Assembly: GCA_965218495.1 (NCBI GenBank)
Contig: OZ244626.1
Span: 4,464,196 to 4,528,195, forward strand
DNA length: 64,000 bases
Reading direction: 5' to 3'
Source: Rhodothermales bacterium
Lineage (GTDB): Bacteria; Bacteroidota; Rhodothermia; Rhodothermales; Bin80
Shown here piece by piece: positions 1-9,944 of the stretch. The translations under genes and the position numbers were made by a program. The notes beneath the pieces were generated by a model that saw only the letters and a program-made list of their open reading frames with translations, ran no database searches and had not been told where the DNA came from. Within the stretch, counting starts at the first letter, position 1. Each line of letters begins with the position of its first letter.

Positions 1-1741
1 GGCTGGCTTGGACTCGAACGTTGACGCACTCTACAGGCCGATGCGGCGCGTTGTAGCCATAGCGCTGCAGGTGTGCTTCATGAAAGGCCGCTTCGCAGGC
101 TTCCAGATGCCGAACGCTTGCGGGCAGGCCCAGAGGCAATTCCAGCTCGTAGCTTTGTCCATGGTACCGAAGATCCAGCGTGGCGGTAACGTGCGGTGTA
201 CCTGCCAAGGCCGCCGTGACCTGTCGACAAAGCGTTCCAATGCATGTCACCAGCGGTGCCGGGTCACGGGTGAGTACCGAAAGCGGCCGCAAAAGGGCAC
301 GCGAAGCGTCAAAGGTGATATCGGCCATCAGCAGCCCCATGGCGCTAAGCACGCCCGGGTAACGGGGTACCACTATTTTTCTTATGCCCAAGGCTTCGGC
401 AAGCTCGCAGGCATGCAGTGGCCCTGCGCCTCCGAAGGGCACAAGAGCGTAGCCACGTGGGTCGTAGCCTTGCTCCACAGATACACGTCGCAGCGCACGC
501 TCCATCGTTGCGTTGGCTACGCGGATGACGCCGAGTGCGGCAGTTTCCGGTCCGCGTCCCAAGCGCGTCCCCAGAAGCGCAAGCGCTCTGTGCGCGCTTT
601 GGGCAGCAAGGGTACCGTCGGCTGTGAAGCGTCCGGCGTCCAGCCGGCCGAGGACCAGGTTCGCATCCGTGACGGTGACTTGTGTCCCGCCCTTGCCATA
701 GCACACCGGACCAGGCACAGCGCCCGCACTTTCCGGGCCTACGCGCAATGCACCGCCAGCGTCCACGCGGGCGATACTCCCTCCTCCTGCGCCTACGGTA
801 TGGATGCCGGTTGACGGGAGGCGCAGCGGAAGGTCGCCGACAACGCTTTCCGCAGTACGAGGAATCGTTCCGGGGCAAAGCGCTACATCCGTGCTGGTGC
901 CGCCCATATCGAACGTAATGACGTGCGGCGCATCGGTATTCAGTGCCACCCTGGCAACCTTGAAGGCACCTACAACCCCGCCGGCAGGACCGCTCAGGAC
1001 GAGTCGCGCAGGTTGGCTGGCAGCGCGCGGCACGTCAATGGTACCTCCGTTGGACTGCATGACCCACACCGGGCGCCCGCCGACTTCCTTTATAAGCCGC
1101 TCCAGGTAGTGACCCACCAAGGGCTGCACATAGGCGTTGATGACCGTCGTAGCCGTCCGTTCGTATTCGCGGTATTCGGGCAGGATGTCCACGCTCAGCG
1201 AGATGCGCAGCGAGGGCAGCAGCGACTGAAGTACCTGCGCGGCCTCGCGCTCATGCGTTTCATTGAGAAACGAAAACAAGAATACCACCGCCAGACTCTC
1301 TGCCCCACACTCCTTCAGCGCATTGGCTATGTCGCGAAGCTGCGCCGTCTCCAGGGGCGTAAGTATAGTGCCGTCCGCAGCCAGACGCTCACGGACGGTC
1401 AGGCGCCGGCCGTGCGGCACCAGTGCGGACCGTCGCGTCTGGGATAAGCGGTAGAGGTGTGGCCGGTTTTGGCGTCCGATGGCCAGTGCATCGGCAAAGC
1501 CTTCCGTAGTCAGCAGTGCGGTCCGCGCACCGCGCCGCTCCAAAAGGGCATTGGTGGCCGTTGTGGTGCCGTGGATAATGGTGGCCAACGGTCCTACGCC
1601 CAGCGCCCGAAGTCCATGTCCGATGGCCTCGCTCTGATCCTGAGGAGAGGTAGGCTCCTTGCGCACGATGAGGCGCTGGCCATCCACAAAGACGAAGTCC
1701 GTAAACGTGCCTCCAACATCGATTCCGACAAGCTCTGCCAT
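1..1741 (-). CDS. Hydantoinase/oxoprolinase family protein (HyuA-like), 3' end beyond the window
   Basis: Absent from the ORF track because it has no in-window stop. The reverse complement from CAT at 1739-1741 reads MAELVGIDVGGTFTDFVFVDG. The same frame at about 1022-1080 reads GRPVWVMQSNGGTIDVPRA. No other ORF is reported in this frame, which fits one open frame running to position 1. Confidence 0.8.
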   Translation of the reverse strand, partial: MAELVGIDVGGTFTDFVFVDGQRLIVRKEPTSPQDQSEAIGHGLRALGVGPLATIIHGTTTATNALLERRGARTALLTTEGFADALAIGRQNRPHLYRLSQTRRSALVPHGRRLTVRERLAADGTILTPLETAQLRDIANALKECGAESLAVVFLFSFLNETHEREAAQVLQSLLPSLRISLSVDILPEYREYERTATTVINAYVQPLVGHYLERLIKEVGGRPVWVMQSNGGTIDVPRAASQPARLVLSGPAGGVVGAFKVARVALNTDAPHVITFDMGGTSTDVALCPGTIPRTAESVVGDLPLRLPSTGIHTVGAGGGSIARVDAGGALRVGPESAGAVPGPVCYGKGGTQVTVTDANLVLGRLDAGRFTADGTLAAQSAHRALALLGTRLGRGPETAALGVIRVANATMERALRRVSVEQGYDPRGYALVPFGGAGPLHACELAEALGIRKIVVPRYPGVLSAMGLLMADITFDASRALLRPLSVLTRDPAPLVTCIGTLCRQVTAALAGTPHVTATLDLRYHGQSYELELPLGLPASVRHLEACEAAFHEAHLQRYGYNAPHRPVECVNVRVQAS

Positions 1742-1810
1742 ACCAGTACGAAGCGTGTAAAGTGCGCACTGCCTTCCGAGCGTCATCCTCGGCGCCATGC
1801 ATTCATCAAG

Positions 1811-2551
1811 TCAGGCCGGGGCTCGCATTTGGCGCAAGACCTTGCGTGCGCGCTCTGGATAGGCCTCCGCCACATGGTATTGCACGTACTGCGCCACCAG
1901 ACGGCATACCTCATCCGGCGTCGAGGTCGTTAGATCGGCAATCACGTCCAGGCGTGCCCGCGAAAGAATGGCAAACGTGTGTAGGGCCGCGCGTGACGCG
2001 CGTAGGGCATACGAACCGGCACCACCATCGTGTACGATGATGCCGCTGTCAAGCAGCAGGATGCCGCCCTCTTTTGGCAGCGTTCGGACCACCTCACGGT
2101 CAAAGCCCGGAGCAAAACCGAGTGCAGCGGCGAGCTGCATCTCAAAGTACAGCTGCAGCAGCGTGGCGCTGGTGTGCGGGCCGTGCAGGCGGGCAAGCAC
2201 TAGTACCAACAAGTCAAAGACCGCCGGCTGCTCATCCTCATCTTGCACCAGAGCGTTTGTTAGCTCCACTATTCGCAGCCCGGCGCCGAGCCGGTCCAGA
2301 TCATCCAACTTGGACACGAACGTGTGGGCACACTCGGCAAGCGTCTGCAGTGAGCGAGTTGGGCGGTAGTACAGGACGGCCTGCACTACGGAAAGCACCT
2401 GCAAGGTCGACCCGAACTTGCTCTTGGGCAGACGTGCGCCTTTGGCAATCACGGAGAGTTTGCCTTTGTCGCGGGTGAAGAGTCTCACGATTCGGCTTGT
2501 TTCGCCGTAGGGTGTTGAGCGAAGCACCACCGCTTCGGTACGAATTAGCAT
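1811..2551 (-). CDS. recO: DNA repair protein RecO
   Basis: MLIRTEAVVLRSTPYGETSRIVRLFTRDKGKLSVIAKGA... is a typical RecO N-terminus. The track ORF extends to 2653, but the internal ATG at 2551 gives the canonical start. Confidence 0.85.
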   Translation of the reverse strand: MLIRTEAVVLRSTPYGETSRIVRLFTRDKGKLSVIAKGARLPKSKFGSTLQVLSVVQAVLYYRPTRSLQTLAECAHTFVSKLDDLDRLGAGLRIVELTNALVQDEDEQPAVFDLLVLVLARLHGPHTSATLLQLYFEMQLAAALGFAPGFDREVVRTLPKEGGILLLDSGIIVHDGGAGSYALRASRAALHTFAILSRARLDVIADLTTSTPDEVCRLVAQYVQYHVAEAYPERARKVLRQMRAPA

Positions 2552-2669
2552 GTGTGCGCGCTGGAGTTTCAAGCCTATAGTACGACTTGCGCAGCGTAAA
2601 CGCGCCGGGTCATCGCGGGTCGCATTACGTATTTTGTCCTTTCTCACACTCACTTAAGTAGCATTCTCC

Positions 2670-5600
2670 ATGCCACGGATTGCCCTAGGCCTCGCGCTCG
2701 GCGCGTTGCTGGTGCCGCTGCTCCCAGAGGCTCAGGCACAGACAGTTACCTTTGACACCACGCTGTACAGTGCATTGGAGTATCGCAGCATAGGTCCATA
2801 CCGGGGCGGGCGCTCCGCCGCCGTGACCGGCGTTCCGGGTCATCCGATGCTCGCGTACTGCGGCGCAACTGGCGGTGGCGTTTGGCGCTCGACTACCGGT
2901 GGGGCATCCTGGCAGAACGTTTCCGACGGCTATTTCGGCGGTTCCATTGGAGCGGTAGCGGTAAGTACGTGGGACCCGAACATTATCTATGTCGGTGGTG
3001 GCGAAAAAACTGTGCGCGGAAACGTGTCCCATGGCTACGGCATGTTCAAGTCGATGGATGCCGGCCAGAGTTGGGAGTCTATCGGCCTTGAGGACTCGCA
3101 TCGGATTCCGCGAATCAGGATCCATCCCAAGAATCCCAGCCTCGTGTATGCCGCCGTGATGGGGCACCTTTCAGGGCCCAATGAAGAGCGTGGCATATTC
3201 CGGACCAAGGATGGTGGTGTTTCCTGGGAAAAGGTGCTTTACATCAACGACGAGGTGGGATTCGTGGATCTGGCGATGAACCCCTCGAATCCGCGCGTGC
3301 TGTATGCGAGTGCATGGCGCGTAATCCGGACACCCTACAGCCTGGAGAGCGGTGGGCCCGGCTCCGGGATCTGGAAGTCGACCGACGGCGGGGACACGTG
3401 GAGCGAGGTCACCGGGCAGGATAACGGCCTGCCGAAAGGTACGCTCGGCATCAGCGGCGTATCGATCTCTCCCGTCAACCCGCGCCGCGTCTATGCCATT
3501 ATTGAAGCCGCGGAAGGCGGTGTTTTTCGGTCGGACGACGGCGGGAATTCCTGGCGACGAATTAATAAGGACCGTAGCCTCCGCCAGCGTGCATGGTACT
3601 ACACGCGCATCTATGCCGACACGCAGGATGAAGATGTGGTGTACGTGCTCAACGTGCGGTTTTGGCGCTCAAAAGACGGTGGTCGCACCTACGAAAGCAT
3701 CTCTACACCGCATGGCGATCACCACGATCTGTGGATAGATCCCGATGACAGCAACCACCTGATTATTGCGGATGACGGAGGGGCTCAGGTGACTTTTGAT
3801 GGAGGCAGGAATTGGAGTACGTACTACAATCAGCCTACCGCGCAATTCTACCGGGTGACGACGGACAATCACTTCCCGTACCGGATTCTGGGCGCACAGC
3901 AGGACAACTCAACCGTTCGCATCTTGCACACTTCTGGTGGTATCAATGAGCGGGAGTGGGAGCCTACGGCGGGCGGCGAGAGTGGCTGGCTGGCGCCCAA
4001 GCCGGACAACCCCGAGATTGTATTCGGTGGTTCCTATGGTGGGTACCTGACTCGAGTGAACCACGACACGGGTGAGCGTCGTGCGGTGAATGTGTATCCA
4101 GACAACCCGATGGGGCACGGCGCGGAGGGGATGAAGTATCGTTTTCAGTGGAACTTCCCGATACTGTTTTCTCAGCAGGACCATGAAGTGCTGTACACGG
4201 CTGGCAACCACCTTTTCAGGAGCACTACGGAAGGACAGTCGTGGGAGATCATCAGTCCCGATTTGACGCGGGCCGACTCCTCCAAGCTTAGCCCGAGCGG
4301 CGGTCCGATCACAAAAGACAACACAGGCGTCGAGTACTATGCGACGATATTCACGGTGGCCGAGAGTCCGCATGATAAGCAGGTGTTATGGACGGGCTCT
4401 GACGACGGGCTGGCACACGTGACGCGTGACGGCGGCGCCACTTGGACTGATGTCACGCCGGACGGGATGCCGGAGTGGATGATGATCAATGACATGGTAG
4501 CGCATCCGTTTGAAGAAGGCGGCTTGTATATGGCGGGGACGCGCTACAAGCTGGATGACTTCCAGCCGTATCTCTACAAGACTGTGGACTTCGGAGAGAC
4601 CTGGACAGAGATCACCGGCGGCATAGACCGCCAGCACTTTACTCGAGCCATTCAGCCGGACCCAGTGCGGCCGGGTCTGCTTTACGCGGGCACGGAAAGT
4701 GGTATGTACATTTCGTTTGATGACGGTGCGCATTGGACCTCGTTTCAGCGAAACCTGCCAGCGGTTCCGACTACGGACCTAGCGTGGAAAGACAACGACC
4801 TGGTAGTTGCTACGCAGGGCCGCTCGTTTTGGGTTATGGACGACATTTCGCTACTGCATCAGCTGTCGGAAGAGGTTGCATCGAGCGACATGTGGCTATT
4901 CAAGTCCAGTCCGCTGGTGCGTGGAGCAGGCAGCAGCGTTGCCCTGCGTTACTACTTCAAAGAGGCGCCCGACTCCACCGGAACGGTTATGCGCATCTTG
5001 GAGGAGGAAGGCACGATCATCAAGACCTATGAAAGTGAGAGCTTGGACCTCGCGCCCGGCACCCACACTTTTCGGTGGAATACGCGCTATGAGGACGCCG
5101 AGAGCTTTGAGGGGCTCATTATGTGGAGCGGGAGTGTTCAAGGTCCGCGTGCAGCGCCGGGCAAATACCGGGCGCGCCTCGTTGCCAACGCAGACTCCGT
5201 TGAGGTGCCGTTCGAAATCAAGATGGATCCACGCTCTTCTTCAACGCAGCAAGATTTGCGGGCGCAATTCGAATTCCTTATAGGGATTCGTGACAAGCTC
5301 AGCGAAACACACAAGGCCATCAAGCGAATCAGGAGTGTTCGAAGCCAGATTCAGGGAGTATCGGAGCGGAAGGATGCTACCGAGGAAGTCAAGGCGGCTG
5401 CTGACAGCCTTGTGAATCGAATATCCGCGATCGAGGAAGCGCTGTACCAGACCAAGAATCAGAGTCGCCAGGATCCGCTGAATTTTCCCATTCGCCTTAA
5501 CAACAAGCTGGCTGCCGTAGGCGCCAGCGCATCCATTGGAAAATACAGGCCCACGGATCAGGCGATTGAGGTGCGCGACGACCTCACAAGGCGGATTGAC

Positions 5601-5705
5601 GAACAGCTCGCCATGCTGAAGGCGATCCTGGAGTTGGAGGTGCCTGCGCTGAACGAGATGATCCGTGTGTCCGGCGTCCCGGCGATCTTTGTCGAAGAGG
5701 GCTAG
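2670..5705 (+). CDS. Secreted BNR/Asp-box repeat protein (sortilin/VPS10-like, glycosyl-hydrolase-like beta-propellers)
   Basis: N-terminal signal peptide (LLVPLLPEAQAQ). At least 9 Asp-box motifs are present: SMDAGQSWE, TKDGGVSWE, STDGGDTWS, SDDGGNSWR, SKDGGRTYE, TFDGGRNWS, TTEGQSWE, TRDGGATWT, FDDGAHWT. Confidence 0.8.
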   Translation: MPRIALGLALGALLVPLLPEAQAQTVTFDTTLYSALEYRSIGPYRGGRSAAVTGVPGHPMLAYCGATGGGVWRSTTGGASWQNVSDGYFGGSIGAVAVSTWDPNIIYVGGGEKTVRGNVSHGYGMFKSMDAGQSWESIGLEDSHRIPRIRIHPKNPSLVYAAVMGHLSGPNEERGIFRTKDGGVSWEKVLYINDEVGFVDLAMNPSNPRVLYASAWRVIRTPYSLESGGPGSGIWKSTDGGDTWSEVTGQDNGLPKGTLGISGVSISPVNPRRVYAIIEAAEGGVFRSDDGGNSWRRINKDRSLRQRAWYYTRIYADTQDEDVVYVLNVRFWRSKDGGRTYESISTPHGDHHDLWIDPDDSNHLIIADDGGAQVTFDGGRNWSTYYNQPTAQFYRVTTDNHFPYRILGAQQDNSTVRILHTSGGINEREWEPTAGGESGWLAPKPDNPEIVFGGSYGGYLTRVNHDTGERRAVNVYPDNPMGHGAEGMKYRFQWNFPILFSQQDHEVLYTAGNHLFRSTTEGQSWEIISPDLTRADSSKLSPSGGPITKDNTGVEYYATIFTVAESPHDKQVLWTGSDDGLAHVTRDGGATWTDVTPDGMPEWMMINDMVAHPFEEGGLYMAGTRYKLDDFQPYLYKTVDFGETWTEITGGIDRQHFTRAIQPDPVRPGLLYAGTESGMYISFDDGAHWTSFQRNLPAVPTTDLAWKDNDLVVATQGRSFWVMDDISLLHQLSEEVASSDMWLFKSSPLVRGAGSSVALRYYFKEAPDSTGTVMRILEEEGTIIKTYESESLDLAPGTHTFRWNTRYEDAESFEGLIMWSGSVQGPRAAPGKYRARLVANADSVEVPFEIKMDPRSSSTQQDLRAQFEFLIGIRDKLSETHKAIKRIRSVRSQIQGVSERKDATEEVKAAADSLVNRISAIEEALYQTKNQSRQDPLNFPIRLNNKLAAVGASASIGKYRPTDQAIEVRDDLTRRIDEQLAMLKAILELEVPALNEMIRVSGVPAIFVEEG

Positions 5706-6102
5706 CAACAAGTAGACATTCGCGTGGCCCCAGCACATTTTGAGCTGCGTTGCCAGCCACTGCACACCCGGTACCGACCGTGCGCAGGGTTGGCAGTTAC
5801 AGCAGGCGGGCCTGATTTACGACGCTGACCTGCACTCAATCGGTGAGCAACTGCACCGGCTGTAGCAGGGCCATGAACCTAGCGTGACTGCACTAAATGG
5901 CACGCGAAGGGAGTATTCATCTGAAATCCTGACTGCGGGACCTGAGGGCTTGGGCCTTCCGCCGAATGCGATGGCCCAACCCTCGGTCTGGCCGTCAAGT
6001 CAAGATATGGTGAGTGAGCACCGCCGAACTACGGTGGATTCCGGTTTGCATCAATCCAGGTGCATTGGAATTCTGAGTAAGCTGTGGCTGAACCTTTCGA
6101 CA

Positions 6103-6220
6103 GAATATGCGCGTAGTCGGGAGCAAGCTGCTCCGGGCCACTACACGCGCAGGGCGACGTTGGCCCGCACGCATAGGAGCCATGATCCCGTCGGAATGTT
6201 CGGGCCTGCATGGTCTTGGA
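6103..6220. repeat. Left copy of a perfect 118-bp direct repeat (putative target-site duplication)
   Basis: Base-for-base identical to 9945-10062 (GAATATGCGCGTAGTCGGGAGC...CATGGTCTTGGA). Confidence 0.95.
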
Positions 6221-6223
6221 TCT

Positions 6224-6238
6224 TGACTTCCGCGGTTT
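6224..6238. repeat. Terminal inverted repeat (IRL) TGACTTCCGCGGTTT
   Basis: Exact reverse complement of 9929-9943. It lies 3 bp inside the left 118-bp repeat. Confidence 0.85.
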
Positions 6239-6345
6239 AGGTGCAAAATAGTATGAGTTATACTTGACCATCATACAATACTGAACACTACGCGTGCCGA
6301 TTTTGAGGGAACCCTTGAGGCTCCTCTCGATCGTAGCCGGACTCC

Positions 6346-7857
6346 TTAGGGGAGCTGGTCGGGAGTGGCCAGCTCGCGGGTCCTGCTGGGGTACTTTAGT
6401 CCGGCTACGCTGTAGAGCGTCCGCTGAGCTGCGGTGGCGGGGGAGGCGAGCAGATACTGCTTCAGCGTACTGGTGTCGGTAATGAGGGAGACTTGCGCGC
6501 CGCTCAGCTCTGTCAGGATACGAGCCTCGCTGAGTGGCTCCTGGCCCGCATGCATGGTGTTGTGCTGGTAGCGCAGCAGGCGCAGCAAGGCAAAAGCGAC
6601 GAAGCAAATCGCGATGTGGGCCTTGACGCGGCTGGGAGTCCAGTGATAGATGGGCCGCGTCGCCATGGTGTGCTTGAGCACGCGAAAGCCCTCTTCGATG
6701 CGCCACAGCTCCCCGTAGTACGCATAGATGTGTTGTGCTGGATGGCTTTCGCGATCCAGGCTGGTCCACACGCCGTGGAGCCCGTCAAAGCATGCGTCTC
6801 GGTCAATGGCATCCTGGTTCAGCTCCACGGCATCGCGGTCCACCTTGAGAAAGCGGCCTCGTTTGCCGCTTCCCTTAATGCCTTGCGTTAGGCGACGCTT
6901 GAGCTTCTCTACGATTCTATCACGCTCATGGACATCCTTGGCCGCCCGCTTCTTGCTGTGGCGCAACACCAGACGCTGGCCCTTTAACTGCAATTCTGTT
7001 ACGCTGATATCTTCGCTGACCGCGACCCAGTCATGGGACTCGAAAAGCTCGGCCTCCATCCTGCGTGGCAAGCTGCGCAGGCGCGCCGCGACCACCCAGT
7101 CCCAACCCTGGGAGGCGAGCAGGTCCAGGTTGCCCTGGCTCAGCATCCCGGCGTCCGCAACCAAGACCACCCTGCCTATCTCAAAGCGCTCCCGCAGGGC
7201 CTTCAGTGCCGGCTTGAGCGTGCGCATATCGGTCGTGCTACCTGGAAACAACTCATATCCTATCGGCAGCCCCTCCACGCTCTGGAACAAGGCCAGAACG
7301 ACCTGCACCTTCTGCGGCTTACCGTCTTTGCTGAATCCCTTCTTGCGAAGATCATCGGCCTTGTCGCTGGCAAAGAAAAGCGTGGTTACGTCGAAGAAGA
7401 GGACGTCCACATGCTCTTGCAAGAGTCCGCGCACTTCATGCGAGACGATCGACTGCAGCCGCGCAATCCGGTCATCATTGACCGCGTCCATCATGCGGTA
7501 GAACTTGTTCGGGTTCACTTCCACGCCATGGTGCCTGGAAAGCTTGTCACAGCACGCGCGCTTGCTGGAGCCCGGCGCGGCCAGTCGCATCAGCACGGCC
7601 TGACGAAACAGGCGCGCCGCCATCTTTTTGCGGGCCCCGAAGACCTTCTGAAAGCCCAGCCGATCGTACAGCGCCCCGAAGACCTCGTGAAAGCCCATAG
7701 TCAGACGCTTGGTCTCGGCCAGCTTGCGCGCATCGGGTATGGGCAGCGGCTGGTCGCCCTGGCTGCCATGGCGGGCCCCTTGCACGCGCTCGGCCAGATA
7801 CTCTGGTGTAGAAGGGGCCGGGTCAAGGGGGCGGTGATATGTGTGCGGTAAGTTCAC
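6346..7857 (-). CDS. IS1634-family DDE transposase
   Basis: 503 aa. It has the IS4/IS1634-type C-terminal signature YAYYGELWRIEEGFRVLKHTMATRPIYHW and DDE-region blocks (LFFDVTTLFF, VLVADAGMLS). Confidence 0.9.
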   Translation of the reverse strand: MNLPHTYHRPLDPAPSTPEYLAERVQGARHGSQGDQPLPIPDARKLAETKRLTMGFHEVFGALYDRLGFQKVFGARKKMAARLFRQAVLMRLAAPGSSKRACCDKLSRHHGVEVNPNKFYRMMDAVNDDRIARLQSIVSHEVRGLLQEHVDVLFFDVTTLFFASDKADDLRKKGFSKDGKPQKVQVVLALFQSVEGLPIGYELFPGSTTDMRTLKPALKALRERFEIGRVVLVADAGMLSQGNLDLLASQGWDWVVAARLRSLPRRMEAELFESHDWVAVSEDISVTELQLKGQRLVLRHSKKRAAKDVHERDRIVEKLKRRLTQGIKGSGKRGRFLKVDRDAVELNQDAIDRDACFDGLHGVWTSLDRESHPAQHIYAYYGELWRIEEGFRVLKHTMATRPIYHWTPSRVKAHIAICFVAFALLRLLRYQHNTMHAGQEPLSEARILTELSGAQVSLITDTSTLKQYLLASPATAAQRTLYSVAGLKYPSRTRELATPDQLP

Positions 7858-8106
7858 ATAATCTTCATGAGCTGGCTATCGGAAAAGGGGCCCTGGCATC
7901 TTCGACGGCTTATCAACCTGGTGTCCGCGTGCTAAGCCAGCAGTGCTGGCCGTAACGCCTGATATTGAATTCGTCGGGAGCTACCATAATCTATTTTCGC
8001 GAGCTCGCCACAAGGGCTATCGCAGAGTATCGGCATGGACTCTCCATCCGTGCGCAGGGCCCCTTTTCCCATAGCTGTTCTGTTCTCGGAAGCGTTTCGG
8101 GCATGT

Positions 8107-9249
8107 TTAGGCCGCAAGGGCCACCGGTGTTGGCGGCACCGTCTGCATGGCTTCCCAGAGAAAGCCCACGAGTTCGCGCGCAAGGGCCACGATGGCTTTC
8201 GTGGGCGCTTTACGCTGAATCAGGCTGCGGTATCGTTTGTGTAGTCTCCGCTGAGCCTTCCAGCTGATGGTAATCACTTCCGCAGCGCAGTGGTGCTGGC
8301 GCTGGTGCAGCGCCTGGCTACGCCGGGGGTAGTGGGTATATTTCCAGGCCGCAGAGACCAGAGCCTTGCGGGCATGGGTGTTACCGGCCTTGGTAATCGA
8401 GCCGTGCCGGGTGCGGTGGCCGGAGGAATGCTCCGAGGGCACCAATCCCAGATATGCCATCAGTGCTTTCGGGTGTGCAAAACGCCGAATGTCACCGATT
8501 TCACAAGTCAGCTGCATCGCTGTAAACAGCCCGATGCCACGGAAGGCTTGCAATACCTGCACCGTGGGCTGATAGCATGCCTTCTGTGCCTCTTCTTCGA
8601 TATGTTGCTCTATCTCCCGGATCTGGGCTTCGAGCATCTGGCATTGGTTCAACAAGCTTTGCAGCGTACACGCATCAACGGGGTCAAGCGCGAGGCCTTC
8701 CAGCCACCGCCAGAATTTCTGCGTCCAGTTCTTGCCCGCCCGGTACACATGCCCGCGGCTTTGCAACAAGAGCACGGAGCGTTGCTTGGTGCGGGTCAAA
8801 TCTTCGACCAGAGTAACCCGGCGGCGCACCAGCGTTCGGGCGGCAAGCAACGCCTTGTCGGGGATGTGAACCGCCGTCAGTAGGCCCGCCGCGTAGTAGC
8901 GGGCCAACTTTTCCGCGTCACGACGGTCCGTCTTGACTCGATCACCGGCACGCCGTGGAATCGACGAAGGTGCAATGACCGCGCAGGCGACTCCGTCGTC
9001 ACTGAGCGTTCTATAGAGCGTGTAGCCACACGAGGACGCTTCGTAACAACACCGGGGTTCGCCAAAGGAACCACGAATACGGGCCATAAGCTTACGCAGC
9101 TTGGCCCTGTCGTCGCTGGGCAGCTCCACTTCAAGACAGACCCTCTTCGAAGCCGGATCGTATACGCACGCCGCGATCATGTCTCTATGTACGTCCAGCC
9201 CGACGAAGACCGACTTCTGAGAAGGGATGACACTTATGGTGTGGTTCAT
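8107..9249 (-). CDS. IS110-family transposase/recombinase (DEDD N-domain plus Transposase_20 C-domain)
   Basis: From the internal ATG at 9249 it reads MNHTISVIPSQKSVFVGLDVHRDMIAACVYD.... The C-terminal block LQAFRGIGLFTAMQLTCEIGDIRRFAHPKALMAYLGLVPSEHSSG is also present. The track ORF start at 9450 is probably an over-extension into the non-coding end. Confidence 0.9.
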   Translation of the reverse strand: MNHTISVIPSQKSVFVGLDVHRDMIAACVYDPASKRVCLEVELPSDDRAKLRKLMARIRGSFGEPRCCYEASSCGYTLYRTLSDDGVACAVIAPSSIPRRAGDRVKTDRRDAEKLARYYAAGLLTAVHIPDKALLAARTLVRRRVTLVEDLTRTKQRSVLLLQSRGHVYRAGKNWTQKFWRWLEGLALDPVDACTLQSLLNQCQMLEAQIREIEQHIEEEAQKACYQPTVQVLQAFRGIGLFTAMQLTCEIGDIRRFAHPKALMAYLGLVPSEHSSGHRTRHGSITKAGNTHARKALVSAAWKYTHYPRRSQALHQRQHHCAAEVITISWKAQRRLHKRYRSLIQRKAPTKAIVALARELVGFLWEAMQTVPPTPVALAA

Positions 9250-9928
9250 GGGGTTGTAAGGTCTATGGAGAAGGATGAAGTCCAGGCGCCTGCGCCTCAC
9301 AGGCAAAATAGCCTGTGCCCCCTCTCCGGCCCCTTCTATAATATCTATAGGAAACAAGGAGGGCTGTCTCTCTTCCAGGAGCCGCAGCTTCGCCCGGTGC
9401 GCCAACCGCACCAGCGCCTCCAGCAGCGGCCCTTCAGGGGCAGAGCCCATATGCTTGACGATCCGCTGCCGCGGTCCCTTGCCGGGTACGCGGGTCGATT
9501 CGACAATCTGTACGCTAACGTTCTGGGTGGTCTTGCGTCAGACGGTACGGACGAACATGCTGAGCGCGGGATGGCTGCGAGTATCGCTACACCCTAAGGT
9601 ACATCAGCATCTTAACAATGTCAAGCACTAAATAGGACTGAACACTACACATCAGCATCGCCCGAATCGACACGGCCCGCGTGATGCCCTGGCACATGTT
9701 TTGGGGATCACATCCAACACTGCACACTACCGCCCTTGGTGTCTCAACGCACGCCAGGAGTACCACAATGGATCGATTTGCCCTAAAAAAGCGCAAAAAG
9801 GGGCCCAACTCGGACAATGTAGCCACCAATTCGGCTAATCCACACGTAATCTGGACACCTCAGGCCGAAGCGTCCAAAGATCGAATTACCGCTTCATCCT
9901 GGCTGGCGGCGGAGCCCCTTCCTCGGCA

Positions 9929-9943
9929 AAACCGCGGAAGTCA
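9929..9943. repeat. Terminal inverted repeat (IRR) AAACCGCGGAAGTCA
   Basis: Exact reverse complement of 6224-6238. It lies 1 bp inside the right 118-bp repeat. Confidence 0.85.
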
Positions 9944-9944
9944 G

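Larger units (their letters stand above)
6221..9944 (-). mobile_element. IS1634-family (IS4 superfamily) insertion sequence carrying a nested IS110-family element
   Basis: Bounded by 15-bp perfect inverted repeats (6224-6238 and 9929-9943) and by the 118-bp direct repeats. It contains two transposase genes. The inner IS110 boundaries cannot be fixed from this window; they lie roughly between 7.9-8.1 kb and about 9.65 kb. Confidence 0.75.

Noticed and set aside
8-1454. Plus-strand ORFs (8-814, 804-1109, 923-1447 and others) and off-frame minus ORFs over the first 1.7 kb
   Set aside because: They are Arg/Cys/Pro-rich shadow frames of the GC-rich hydantoinase/oxoprolinase gene. That gene reads cleanly on the minus strand from 1741 to the window edge.
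5884-6240. ORFs 5884-6240 (+) and 9681-10079 (+) sharing the peptide EYARSREQAAPGHYTRRATLARTHRSHDPVGMFGPAWSW
   Set aside because: The shared peptide is simply the translation of the 118-bp direct repeat. Both ORFs cross IS/flank junctions and have non-protein-like composition.
6282-6293. 12-mer ACTGAACACTAC shared between 6282-6293 and 9633-9644, considered as a possible IS sub-terminal repeat
   Set aside because: It is in direct rather than inverted orientation and asymmetrically placed relative to the IS ends. A single 12-mer match is within chance expectation for a 64-kb window.
6493-7851. Plus-strand ORFs 6493-6891, 6728-7501, 7033-7851 and minus ORF 6029-6769
   Set aside because: They are antisense or off-frame relative to the IS1634-family transposase. 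ORF 6029-6769 also runs across the IS boundary into the 118-bp repeat.
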